Origin: Balanoglossus misakiensis
Lineage: Eukaryota; Animalia; Hemichordata
Length of the DNA stretch: 64,000 bases
NCBI GenBank assembly: GCA_040954595.2
Contig: CM082597.2
Location: 7,582,243 to 7,646,242 of the forward strand
Direction: 5' to 3'
Positions within the stretch are counted from its first letter, which is position 1. Every line of letters begins with the position of its first letter. The position numbers and the translations under genes are program-made. Of this stretch, positions 21,357 to 33,738 are shown in pieces. The notes beneath the pieces were generated by a model. The model saw only the letters and a program-made list of their open reading frames with translations. It was not told where the DNA came from and did not search any database.

Positions 21357-24300
21357 CGCTTTAGTCCCTATAGCTTTTGATAGTGTATGTTCCGCCTTTA
21401 AATGAATGGGGACAGGCGCATGCGCCGCTTAACCACAAAAAATATGAATTGACGCGTCAAGCACATATTCAGAGGTTTACAATACTTCTTCATCAGAAAT
21501 AAGTAAATAAATAAATAGTCAAAATAATGTATGTGAGAGCGGTAGGCATAGTACAAAACTATTGGTCGGATTTCTCTCTGAACTGACATTACAACCCAAA
21601 ATGTAGCAATCCTCAGAAGCTTTTCGTCGATTGGGAAATATATAACCACAAGCATGTTACAGAAATTCGACATGGCGGGGTCACGGTCACTCCACAAACA
21701 GGCCAATAGCAACCGCATTGTTTACTCCGTAAAGTACTAACAGAAGAGAACGTCAATGATTACAAGCACGTTGCAGCAACCCCAGACACATACCTGCTCG
21801 AGTGGGAACAAAACCCAAAGCCTGTCGCGTGACGTGTTCAACTTTTTAGTGTCCCACAAAAATTAATGACTTGCGACGGACTTAAAGTCGTCTACCAAAC
21901 ACACGGGAAGGAATCAATAAACAAATATAATTACGCAATATTGTTAAAGTAGCAACTTCTTCATTCCATTTATTTAAGTTCAGATTAAATAGATAATATA
22001 TCCTGTGATCCCCGCGCAGCGAGTGTGCCATGCACACTGCCAATACATCACCTGTCCATCTCTATTATTGATGAGGCAATCGAATCAAGAAGAATTTAGG
22101 GAAAGACACGCAAGAAATTTTAGTGTGAGTTTCAAACTGTACATTGACATAAATAACTGATTAGCGTTAAAAAAAAACTTTGCACTATAGAAAACACAGA
22201 GTCCGGGTCTGGACCCGTGGTCGCTTGTCCGGCATGTACTATACAGACTTGAAAAAAAACATGAACAAATACTAAAAGTCCTTCCAGATTGAATAGGGTG
22301 GTTGAATCTCTTGGGATCTGTCGTTTTTTATATAGAGAAAGAATGCAAACTTCATGGCGCTATGTGTATGCCTCTGTGCTGGAGCGTAACCGTGTGATTT
22401 GATTTGTGGTGTTTTTGTTTATGTCGCAACTTGGTTGCTGGAAGCACTTCTATAGTTTGGTTTGATTTAGTTTGGTTTGGTTTGGTTTTAGATTGATAAT
22501 GTTCAAAAATCATCCGCTCTCTTCATTTGATCCTTTTTTATATTGACAATATCATTTCTTTAACTTCTTGTAGGAAGCTCTCGAAGACAACCTGTTACTA
22601 AGTTGACAAATATCGTGCATTGGATGTATATACCGCTTTAAAAAAAAATTTCAAATTCTCTTTTTTATCGTGATTTTCTATTTCATAAGTGTTTACTCCG
22701 ACGACGACGAAGATTTCCAGCCAATCAAGAGTACGAATTTATCGTGACGACTGTGTATATACTAATTATGTGTCTTGTTGTTGTATACATTTTAGCTTAA
22801 CACAACATGTCGCAGAAAGTAAGCACGCGTCGCATTTTTGAAAAAAAAAAAACATATTCCTGGAATAAAACAACGAGTTTCTACGAAACTTTGTTTGTAT
22901 TAGCGCGCCGTTCTCTTTATGATACCATATTTTCTACACCTGGATAACCTCTGACCTCGATCAACACCATTTTGTAAAAGCTCAGAATCCGCGTTTCGTG
23001 TGAATGTCGCAGATGCGTCATTATCGCTTTTGTCTCTCACTACAGTCGACAAACTTAAGGAAGCTATGGTTTCTTTATTCCCTCGGTTGTTTCCATGGTA
23101 ATATCAGTAGCCCCATAAACAGAGACGTTTAACTGTTTTTCTTAGTTTGTTCCTCTATCAGCAGAAGCCTTGACCTTTCTGAGAATATGCGATTTCATTG
23201 TCCTTTTGTTACGGTATTAACGCTAATCAGAAAATATTTCAAAATTATATTTAAATTACTTTACAAAGTATTTTGTTGCTTTTCCCGCGCACTAAATTCG
23301 TTTGAAGGAACGAAATGAAGGGCGCCCAATAATATGATTTTGTGACTGCCACGTACATCATTTTGAACATCTCCAACTCGGACTCCACATAGCAACAAAC
23401 ACTGTCTTTTCACGATGTGACTGACTACACCCATTTTCATATTAATCTGAAGAATTCTTGTCCTGATGTTAGAATCTATTTCCTTCTTCCTTTTATGTAG
23501 TGTTTGTGTTTTCACTCCTCCAGTTATGATCGTACAAGAGTCACTGTAACCTGCGAGAAGGACGGCAGCGATCATTGCATATTACAAGTCGCCGACATCG
23601 ACTCCAAACACTAACATCATATTTTTGAATGTCCTAGATATCATACCTGCACACACGACACCCGATTTTTTAATGTATATTTTAATGCTGTTAAGACAGA
23701 ATTAAGATACAAAAACTGTATAATCTTGTTTTAGGTATTAGTGAATTGAACAAAAATAATATCATTGGTACTCGTGTCTCAGAATATAGTATGAATTGGG
23801 AAGGAAAATATCAACTATGAGAAAACCGTGAACAAGATATTTCTGGTAATAACACTATAGACTCAGTCTTCTGTCATTTTTTCTGTGCCAGACGGTGCCG
23901 TCTTATGAGTTCTTTGGTTTAATAGACTAAAACATCCATGATAGAAACATCATCCACTCGCACGGGTCGTTCGTTCGACCAGAGTCTCCCTATTTTTCGG
24001 AGAGCAAAACCTTGGCGACCAAAGATGTGATATAAACACAATTCCAGCTTATTTATGTGCAATACGCCGATCCGAATGTGATACTAATCGGACTCTTGTA
24101 TTTTTTTTCTCTCTCGCTGATAAACCCCAGCAGACGCTCATAGAAATCTGTGACCTGATCTTGGGAACATTGCAGTCTGGGAGAACTCAATACGGCTTTG
24201 ACATTTCCTCATTCTAAAATTTCTAAGTACTTTATCTAAATGTCAACGATTTTGTACAGTGATATGTTTTATACGTGCGGTTGAAACAATGGTGTCGCAC

Positions 24301-25584
24301 TTTGACTAGGCGGAAACTAACAACGGTGCTTTCCAACACCTACAATCTATATAGAAGATCTTTCCTCGTGATATCAACTGTCTCACGACTAAGACAATAT
24401 CAATGGAAATATGGCGCTTTAAGAATGCTTTCCGTCGAACAAACACGATTCAAATCATCAAAGAATATTCTATCACTTTTATTTGTCTCGTGTAGAGCAC
24501 ATTTGTGTAGCTAACCTTTGTGCATAGAAATACCTGGTCTATAACACAGTACCCGCGGGTACAATAAACGCGGTCTTTGACTAACAAAGATATCGCGGAA
24601 TCGGAGATTGTTGAAATGGTCAGGAGTTCTCTTCTCGAGTCACGATGTTAGTGAATATAATAAGGCGGATGTCGTGAACTGGGAACAACAATGAGCTAGC
24701 TAACACAATCTCGTCACGATCTATCACCAGTTATACACCAGGGAAAACCCAATTTTTCTTTCTTGTTCGTGCGAAGTTTCTTCAAATCACTCGATCGATT
24801 AGTCGCATCACCCACTCTCACTCTAAAATGCCACACATCAACATTTCGCGTCCATCGAGATTTGGAGCGCGGCCAATTCAACTTAGTGGGTTTGTCCCAA
24901 ATTGACCGATATATTACATCTCACCCCGCGCCCGGCGGCCAAAGCACAGAAGCGATTTTTAGTTTCCGCGTTTCAAACTCTACAAGGTCAGCACTGGACA
25001 AAAAGTTCGGTGTATAGGGGACTTTCCACATCACTGACTATTGAACGCGGAAACAGAAAATGTTGACAGCACAACACGTACATGACACCAAAATGGCACC
25101 AGAATCGTTCTGAAACTAAAATCGAACCGAAATAGGAGCATGTGATTTGGGCGTTTTTTTTTAAGTTTGACCAAGTACATAACAGGCGTTTGGGAAATTT
25201 CGGGTTACTTGTATCACAGGCTAGAAAGTAACCAATACTAGATAAGCGACTCCATACACAAGACATCGCTGCAAGAAGTGTTTTTATCAGTTCAAGATTT
25301 ATCCAACATTCTTCATAATGATTACTTTGCTATCAGCTAATGCAATAGCTTTTGTTTCTATGTGTCAACTGAGAGACTCGCGATGCCCATGTTTCATGTG
25401 CTTTTACTGTACTAAACTAATAAATGCGTTGCTACAGTCCTAATTAAAAGGAATAGGTAAAACACTGAACTTGGTATGGTACGTTGCCACAAATCCACAC
25501 ATTGACCACACCACACTACATGACATACACCTAACAGGCGTCTGTTGACTTCAATTTGGAAACCACTCCCTTCATATCACTTAC

Positions 25585-26020
25585 CCTGTCTGTCCATAGG
25601 ATGCGGAGAACTTCTTCTTTGTCGTTTACTGTCACAATTGTTCTGTTCAAAATCGCCGCAGTTTGGAATTGAGCAGAGTGGTCTCTTGAGGGCTTCTTGT
25701 AGTCGCTTGTCTGCAGATATCGCTGATGGACTTGGAAGGATTTGAGATTGTATGTTGGCATTTGTGGTCAGTGGCATGGAGCTTTGGATGACAGTCACTG
25801 CAGTGGTGCGATAGGACATCTTATAAGGTGGTAGCTGTTGATACGTTGCTGGCATGGACGCACATTTCACTGGAGGTGGAGGCGGGCACTCGGGACATGT
25901 ACAGGTGTACGGCACAGACATGGTAGCTGCTTGCATAGTTTGCCCTTTGGCGCTAGGTACGAAGAAATCTCCAGTCGAAGCCAAGCTGGGGCTGCCAGAA
26001 TTAGCGTCAGATAAAACCAT
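25585..26020 (-). CDS. BCL3: BCL3-like, exon 1 (Pro/Ser-rich N-terminus)
   Basis: ATG at 26020, Pro-rich ORF with basic LKRP and KRQRR patches, and a G|GTAAGT donor at 25585 in phase with exon 2. Total CDS 1470 nt (489 aa). Confidence 0.75.
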
Positions 26021-26154
26021 CACACAGATGCACAGTGATCTCTCAGCCACTTCAAAGTAGTTCCGCCCCGATAAAAAATTGTAAACGACTTTTCACACGT
26101 TCGTTATGAAACCTTATTATTTGTCAAATGAGTTAAAACAAGCGAGCAAAGTGT

Positions 26155-26345
26155 AGGCTTCTATATACCACGCGTGTAATTTACATGACAATAGAATCGT
26201 TTCTACAAGCCAATCGGTTCAGATCACGTGTTGGTCAACTGACCCTTGAGGGGAATCCCCACAACTATATCTGTGTAGATTGGCGCAACAGCGGCGATTG
26301 GCGGGGAATCTCTGGGTTTGCAGAAATGTTTACACAGTTACCAAT
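26155..26345 (-). promoter_or_regulatory. Putative BCL3 core promoter
   Basis: TATATAG on the minus strand at ~26161-26167, E-box CACGTG 26225, kB site GGGGAATCCCC 26250-26260, GGGGAATCTC 26303, and several CCAAT/ATTGG boxes. Confidence 0.65.
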
Positions 26346-26928
26346 AGACCCACAGAAGTAACTTGCAACGTCCCATGGATACATGATCTGGAACAGGTGA
26401 CTATGTCGTCATATATGACTAATGTGTCATGTACCTGTTCAAATCCTGACAATTGTTCAAACCAAGAAGGACCCCTTTGGGCATAGGGTTTTGATCAAAG
26501 TCCTGTTTATAGCAACAAGGGTCCTCTCCGGGTCTACACTTAGGACTGCATAGACTTTCAACTATTCTATTTGACCTTGTGTCTGTGACGTAAGGGATCT
26601 ATTCAGAAACACGAAACTGCAATTACGGGTGAACGCATTTAACACAATTTTGAAGGACGTACGTGTTGGGCGTGCAATTATATACCCTATATGGAACTAT
26701 GGTGTCGCATGACTCTACAAATGATGACGCATTTATCTCAGGAGATTGTTTGCGGGCGTTGACCTTGATTCAAGGGTCAATGTTTGTCTATAATTGACGT
26801 TTATAAAGCACCCCCGAGTCATGATATGCGACGCATGTTTTTGTGTTTTTTTTTTCAATGAGGGAAGACGAATAGAAAGGAAGTATGCATATTATACATC
26901 ACGCATGTACGATATTGGTTACAGTGCG

Positions 26929-26970
26929 ATGATGATGATGATGATGATGATGATGATCATGATGATGATG
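26929..26970. repeat. (ATG)n microsatellite
   Basis: Direct reading. Confidence 0.9.
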
Positions 26971-27334
26971 AACGTGATATTTCGAATTTTTATTGGCAAA
27001 CACACTGAAGAGGAATTTTTGAAAGGAGGAATGAAAAGATACAAAGAGTCACATTTTCTGGAAAACTAGTGTGGGCGCGGGTCGTGTCGGAGTGGTGATG
27101 TATGCTAAAAGTCAAAGCGACAACACAGAAGCAATACTATAGAAAACAATGTCAACAAAACTGTTCTGCCAGGTGCCCTGAAAAGATGAAAATCTGCCTT
27201 TGGAGAAATTATTTTATAAGGTTCAACATCAAATAAAATATTCTTACTAATATGACTAGTTAGAGTTCTTGTCAGATCCAAAAAGCTAGCAAGTTAAAAA
27301 AATCACTTCGCTGCTCTAGCGGTTGCTATCCCGT

Positions 27335-27456
27335 CAATCTGATTAAAATCAGATGTAGGGAACGGCGACGTGGATTTTTATGCTGTCGCCTCACACTTTA
27401 GGCGACAGCATAAAAAAAAACACGTCGCCGTTCCCTTCATCTTATTTTAATCAGTG
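27335..27456. mobile_element. Internally deleted copy of the 9-bp-TSD foldback MITE
   Basis: Same TIRs as 6993-7236 with the centre missing. Confidence 0.75.
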
Positions 27457-27619
27457 TCCCGTTTGTCGCTGAAGATAGATCTGTATAGGAAAACCACCAG
27501 TAATACACAGGAATTTTAACAATTCCACAAAATTTGCCCCACCTTCCAACTAAACATTGACAGTCTAGGCGGATTTCATAATTTTCATCCCTCTTTACCC
27601 TTATTCATACACTTTACAT

Positions 27620-28230
27620 GAGTTATTATAGAAATAATGGACGACGCCCTGACCATTAACGTTTGTTTATGGGCGAGGGCGAGAGGAAAGCCAAAAATTC
27701 ATGGGCGATGATGTCATTGTCAGTGTTCAATCTTGCTTGCACTGACTGTGCAATACTGAAACAACGCGGCTCCCAGGAATAGAATACCTTCCACTAATTG
27801 GTGGCCCGTTGCAGGTAAGCTCGATTTTTCTCAAGGGAAAAGGCACCCTGACAAACTTCTGTGTTGATCCGCTGTTGCGCCGTTTACGTAGTGTTTTATG
27901 GACTCCTCATTCCGGTGGCCGGTAACTTTCATGATGAGGTGTGTGCTTATATTTTTGCCCGCTAGAATAGTGGCAGCGGTTGCCCGTAAACAGTGGTTTG
28001 TGTAAACCGTCGACAAATTAGCAGCTTTACTTATATCTTTCATCATTTTCTCCCAATTTATTTTGATCCCAAAGACGCGTTATAATACCAGATGGGAGCG
28101 CAGTGATCGACGAAAGTAAGCGGACGCTAGAACATAGACCACTACGCGGATAGGGTATCTGCAATGTATGATGGTATAATTTGCGTTCAACATAGCGTCT
28201 AGTACATAACATGGCCAACGCACGCACTCA
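27620..28230 (-). mobile_element. Crypton (tyrosine-recombinase transposon) relic
   Basis: MMKDISKAANLSTVYTNHCLRATAATIL...IMKVTGHRNEESIKHY contains the H-x-x-R, GH and Y catalytic motifs of Crypton/DUF3504-type recombinases. Frameshifted upstream. Confidence 0.8.
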
Positions 28231-30849
28231 GAACGCAAACTGTCCCACAACACCTAGACTCTATGGCAGTCGCTGTGCCTGTCGATAAGGAATGGAACTT
28301 TCGTTCTGCGACAGAAATGAACCATGATGTCAAACCAAATTTTGCGTAACAGGGCGCACGGCTTAGTCATCGACAGAATACCGGATTCCATCAATTTAGC
28401 AAGATCGCCGCATTGAATCAGGGGTCACCGTGCAAACTATTGAATGAGAGAGCAAAATCTTATGTGTGAACTTCAAAATGACCACCAATTCTATGTCGAA
28501 AATTTAAAGTAGCGATTTTCATGAAAACAAGATGCTGAACACCTTATTTTCTGTTTTGATACCAAAGGAATCCTCACACGCTTTACAAGAGAGAATTGAA
28601 ACGAGGGACAATCTCTCCTCCAGGCGGCACCTACATTGGTATCAAAAGTGGAGGCAAATTGAAGAGGATGGTCGTGTGATTATTTGTCGTCTTTACTGTC
28701 AACAAAAAAAAGTACTTCATCACACAGATAGGCAATAAGTATCAATTCATCACGATTCATAGACTAGCCTACTAGTCGCTTGGTGAATTTTGGAATCTCA
28801 ATACTTTGTGTGTGCGTGCTTGCCTTGAGCGTATTTCTGGTAGTGAGAGTTTCGAATTTGGGACTGAGCTCATGGTGTCGGGTAGCTTCGACTACGCAGT
28901 TCCTAGACACACGCGCTGAACTCGTTGTCTTTTACTCCACACACGCTACATTGGGAGACTCGGAACAAAGTGTTTTTAAAATGTATATATTAGGAAATAA
29001 CGAAGCCCTTAGACTTGGAGTGAGACCACACGAGTCATTGAAATCCGTGTAAAGACAAAGGAAGTGACCAATACCCGGATGTTGTCAGTTGAGTCAGACT
29101 ATACTGCAAAACAGATTACAACAGGTTAGCGGGAAAAGGCGCGCAATCTTTCATCGGGACTCACGCGTCTGCAAAACTTCCTCTATCATTTAATTTCCTT
29201 ATTCCGTTCACCGGGCAAATACTGCTATATTCAGTGAATTATGATTCCAGAATGTAAGATTTTACGCGTCGAAAAGATTAGAGTTCTTATTGTTTGTATT
29301 GAATTCTATCATTGACCTAGACCCTGTCATAGACCCTAGAGAAAGGATCCATGATTTGACAATTAAACGAATTCAAAAATGCACATGGCGCTTACGAACC
29401 AACGTATCGGATCACGTCCGATCGCACGCTACCCGATAAACCATCCATTTCATGAAAAATACGATTTCAGATATTCTTCTAACGTTGTTGGTTAAAGTTC
29501 CACCTTCTTTAATTGTTTTTTTTTTCGCTATTCTGTATTTTTATTCTGTCTATCAACCATGGATTTATGTTTAGTACTTGTGTGTTGATCCCATATGTGT
29601 GCAATAGATATCGTTATTGTTTCATAGTTGTATTCAAGTCCGCACTTGAATGCGTTTGTCAAAAAAAAAATTACGCGACTTTTATTTTCACGCTATTTTG
29701 GCTCTCGCGTATTTCGCGAAAATAAAGTGTTTTACAGTAGTTGATACACAAAGAGGTATGTAGGTACAGGTGCCTCAGAAGATTTGTTGCACTATTGTGA
29801 GCAGTCGCTATCTGTGACCGACGCAAATGGTATCTGCCACTGTGTTGAAGACGTGAACTAGAATTTCCATTCAAACTGAATGGAAATGTAAGGTGGTTAC
29901 GCATTCCAGAGATTGACTAGACTCTCCCGGTTTTAAAATTTAGGGCAAGTACTGGGGAAAAATCAATTTATATCCGTATATTTGTCGTCGCAGTACGGAT
30001 ACGGTTAACTGGCGTCGATGGCGACCCGGGCCCGGCCGCAAACGATCGTAGACCTCAATCCCACGGGTCGCAGATATCATTTCAGAGAGTCGAAGATGCC
30101 ACTTGCGACTCGCACTTTCGGTCGCAGATCAAAACCACCTTATACACCTCTGGAAAAACGACACAAAACAAAAATACTGAAAAATAGCCAGAAGTTACAT
30201 ACTGTTGCCTTTTAATCGTCAAAATTATTGTTACAGTACACGATGCTAGTCACGACTATTTAAAAAAGGCAGACCGAAATAACAAACTGGGAACCATTTT
30301 TGTTCCCTAAGGATTTATCCTAAAATGTCCGTAACTATGTTGATGCCCATACACAAGAAGTCACGGGAACAAGAGAACCTTATCTTACTGATCTTTGTAA
30401 ATTCTACTCCACGACTGTAGAGTTTCAAATTTCACGATTTCATTTTTCTTTGAATCCCGACGGTAGGCAGTGTGTCGATATGGAAATTTCCCTAAAACAA
30501 AACTCATAATTGTGTCGGACATATTATTTGTTTTCTTAGATACTTTGCAAAATAACATTGTTGTTCGCAATGCATGATGGGACCCAGTCCTTTGTAGTTG
30601 GTTTGATATCTGACGGTGTGTATGACTTGGGTTTCTGAAAAAAAGCGATTACCTGCAGTGACCTTTGACCTTCCTTTCCGTGACCTTATCGACTTGTACG
30701 ACATACATATGCGTTACCCTCACAGGTACAGGCGCGGATATTGAGTTTTGACCCTTGTTTCCGCCTGGATTTGGTCAGTCAATCAATGTGCAACGAGATG
30801 GTCTGTAGTGCATCGACAGGAATGGATCGGGTATTTACCGACATAGTAC

Positions 30850-30873
30850 CACAGGGAACTTAGTAATTTTGTT

Positions 30874-30924
<51 letters not shown>

Positions 30925-32002
30925 AAGATTGGTAATAAAATTTAAAAAAAAATCAATGTGTCATTTCTTGATATGTTTGTCGATGTTGTAGATAACTGTA
31001 AAAAAAACCCCAACCATAATCGTGGAAAACACGACCTAGGTCGCCGAATGTCACTACCGTCTTACATACAGGCAAGGGTGGAATCCACATGCCCTGGATC
31101 TAGGCTCATGGGCCACCTTCAAGGCCCTGAAAAATCACCCCATTCACCAGCGAGCGATTAAATTATGCCACCATAGGCATTGAAATTTATCTCACTGACC
31201 TAATTTGGGCTTCACTTCATCTATCGACCTGCAAACGAGTGGAAAAACGGCGATTTCCAAGTCGTACCCAGTCAAATTCAATCACATTTGAATCACGCGC
31301 CCGATGGTGATGGCTCCGTTTTCTCTGCCTATTTAAATTGACCAATCGGGCGCCCTGTAAAGGCTGCCTCGGCCACCCGATTGTTTATTGCTCAACTCGT
31401 ACGAGTACGTGTAACTGCGTTCAAAATAACGCGAAAAAAAGGAGGCGAAACCTTAAGAGTCATACAGATAAATGGATACTTCCCAACTCTTTGTCATAAA
31501 ATCTACCATTTTACGTCTTGAATACAGTGCAGTCGATAGTCAGAACGTACACTTCCGGGTGTTGCTTTACAGGGCGCCCGATTGGTCAATTTAAATAGGC
31601 AGAGAAAACGGAGCCATCACCATCGGGCGCGTGATTCAAATGTGATTGAATTTGACTGGGTACGACTTGGAAATCGCCGTTTTTCCACTCGTTTGCAGGT
31701 CGATAGATGAAGTGAAGCCCAAATTAGGTCAGTGAGATAAATTTCAATGCCTATGGTGGCATAATTTAATCGCTCGCTGGTGAATGGGGTGATTTTTCAG
31801 GGCCTTGAAGGTGGCCCATGAGCCTAGATCCAGGGCATGTGGATTCCACCCTTGCCTGTATGTAAGACGGTAGTGACATTCGGCGACCTAGGTCGTGTTT
31901 TCCACGATTATGGTTGGGTTTTTTTTTACAGTTATCTACAACATCGACAAACATATCAAGAAATGACACATTGATTTTTTTTTAAATTTTATTACCAATC
32001 TT

Positions 32003-32062
<60 letters not shown>

Positions 32063-32086
32063 AACAAAATTACTAAGTTCCCTGTG
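30850..32086. mobile_element. Foldback DNA transposon with ~515-bp TIRs and 7-bp TSD (Galileo/P-superfamily-like)
   Basis: Arms 30850-31362 and 31565-32086 are near-perfect reverse complements, each including a (GTT)n tract. Termini CACAGGG...CCCTGTG. TSD ATAGTAC at 30843-30849 and 32087-32093. Confidence 0.9.
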
Positions 32087-32386
32087 ATAGTACATGAACA
32101 GCGACTGAATAGCTAAACCCCTGATTATAGCCCATGGGAAACCCCCTACACCTTCAAACAGATCCGCAGGATCTATACGGACGTTGACCAGACCGTATAC
32201 TATATTCGAAACACAATTAATTTTCGACTCACCCCAAAGTACAAAATGACAACATGAAAACACCTAATTCTGAAAGATTCAAGTAAGCTATGCATTCAAC
32301 GGTGATAATTTTTTTTCAATCTCAAATCGATTGAAACATTTCTCAGTCAGTGACAAAATTTGAAATTATTAGAGTATTGTTACTGG

Positions 32387-32454
32387 TAGCTGTGGTACGC
32401 AGCTGTACCGTTGCCCCCCCCCCCCCCCCACGGTACAGGTGCGTACCACAGCTT
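32387..32454. mobile_element. 68-bp Academ(H)-type hairpin MITE
   Basis: TAGCTGTGGTACGCA...TGCGTACCACAGCT(T) with a poly-C loop and a 9-bp TSD TGTTACTGG (32378-32386 / 32455-32463). Confidence 0.8.
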
Positions 32455-32932
32455 TGTTACTGGTATATTGTATTTGAATTGACCTTTTATCGCTGTCAAA
32501 TGTTGTGCAACGTTGTTATTAATTTCACACGTTTTCCCCTTATTTTTTCAACTTAATTCTAGACCAAGTGGACATAATTTTCCATTATCTTCAAATGTGG
32601 ATCAAAATTTTAGAAAAAATACGGTAAAAGTTATGAGGTTAATTTTCTGAAAAATGACGACAAGTTGACTAATGGTGTTAATTGAAAGGGTTGTTCAGTC
32701 GATAAATTGCGTCAATGGTGATCAATGTGAATGTCATGGTATATTGGTGACAGAACGACATAGTATACAGAGAGGTAACAATACCTATGACCGAAAAATG
32801 AAATGAATTCTAGTCAGGGCTTGAAATGAGTTTTCAACTATCCACAATGCTGATTATACACGTCCTTGTTTTGTTCTATTTCATGCTTCAAGTATTGGAA
32901 TAAGAAACGGCAGTTTGAACAACCGGTTATTA

Positions 32933-33738
32933 GGCTACATTCACAAACACCTCTGGAAGGGGGGGGGGGGGGCGGGAGAATTCAATTTTTTTTACCGCTA
33001 ATTTTCACACGCCCCCCTTCCGAACTGCCAATATTTTCAAATCCCCCCTTCCGAACTGCCAAAATTTTGAACCCCCCCCCCCATTTTCTTTCACAGAGCA
33101 AAACACATCACCTATCTATCTTGTAAAAAGAAAAACAGCGCTCCCATGAAAAGAATTTGAAGCTGATGTTTCCCCTCATCAGTGGGTATTAAAACTGAAC
33201 ATTGTTTTTATTTTTTAAGTACATATATTTGTATTCTGTGTTGGGAGACATTGTAAACCGAGAATTGAAGGGGTGGGTTTGGGAGGGGTGTCCCCCTCCC
33301 ACGTAAGAAAATTTTCTAAAATACAGAGCTCAAAGTTGCATTTTAATGAACCCGGCAAAAGCAAATTAACTCAACTACCGGTATGTTGGGGAGGACAAAT
33401 TTAACCGTCGCCGCTCAAAGTTATCATGGGGTGGGGCAAGTCCCCTGATCTGGGACACTAGATAAACCAGTCAATGATTGAAAGGTGTTGATGAATGCAG
33501 GGGGTGGGTGTGGGAGGGGGTGTCCCCCTCCCACATTAGAAAATTTTGTAAAATAAAGGGCGCGAAACTGCATTTTTGTGGACTCAAAATAAATATTTAG
33601 TCGTTAAAGTTTTCAAGTCCCCCCCCTTTCAGTCCCTAAATTATTTCAAATCCCCCCCCTTACATACCCTCAATTTTTTCAAACCCCCCCTCAATTCTCC
33701 TGCCCCCCCCCCCTCCAGAGGTGTTTGTGAATGCAGCC
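32933..33738. mobile_element. PIF/Harbinger-like MITE
   Basis: TTA|GGCTACATTCACAAACACCTCTGGA...TCCAGAGGTGTTTGTGAATGCAGCC|TTA. Confidence 0.8.

Noticed and set aside
26021-26050. GTG-initiated N-terminal extension of BCL3 given in the ORF track
   Set aside because: In a eukaryotic gene the first in-frame ATG is at 26020, and there is no evidence for non-AUG initiation.
30850-30890. CACAGGG terminus as an RSS heptamer (ProtoRAG/Transib end)
   Set aside because: The TSD is 7 bp rather than 5 bp, there is no nonamer-like element at 12/23 spacing, and no RAG-like coding sequence is present.
30958-31969. Twin 67-aa ORFs on opposite strands
   Set aside because: They are mirror images produced by the foldback arms, with no recognisable protein features.
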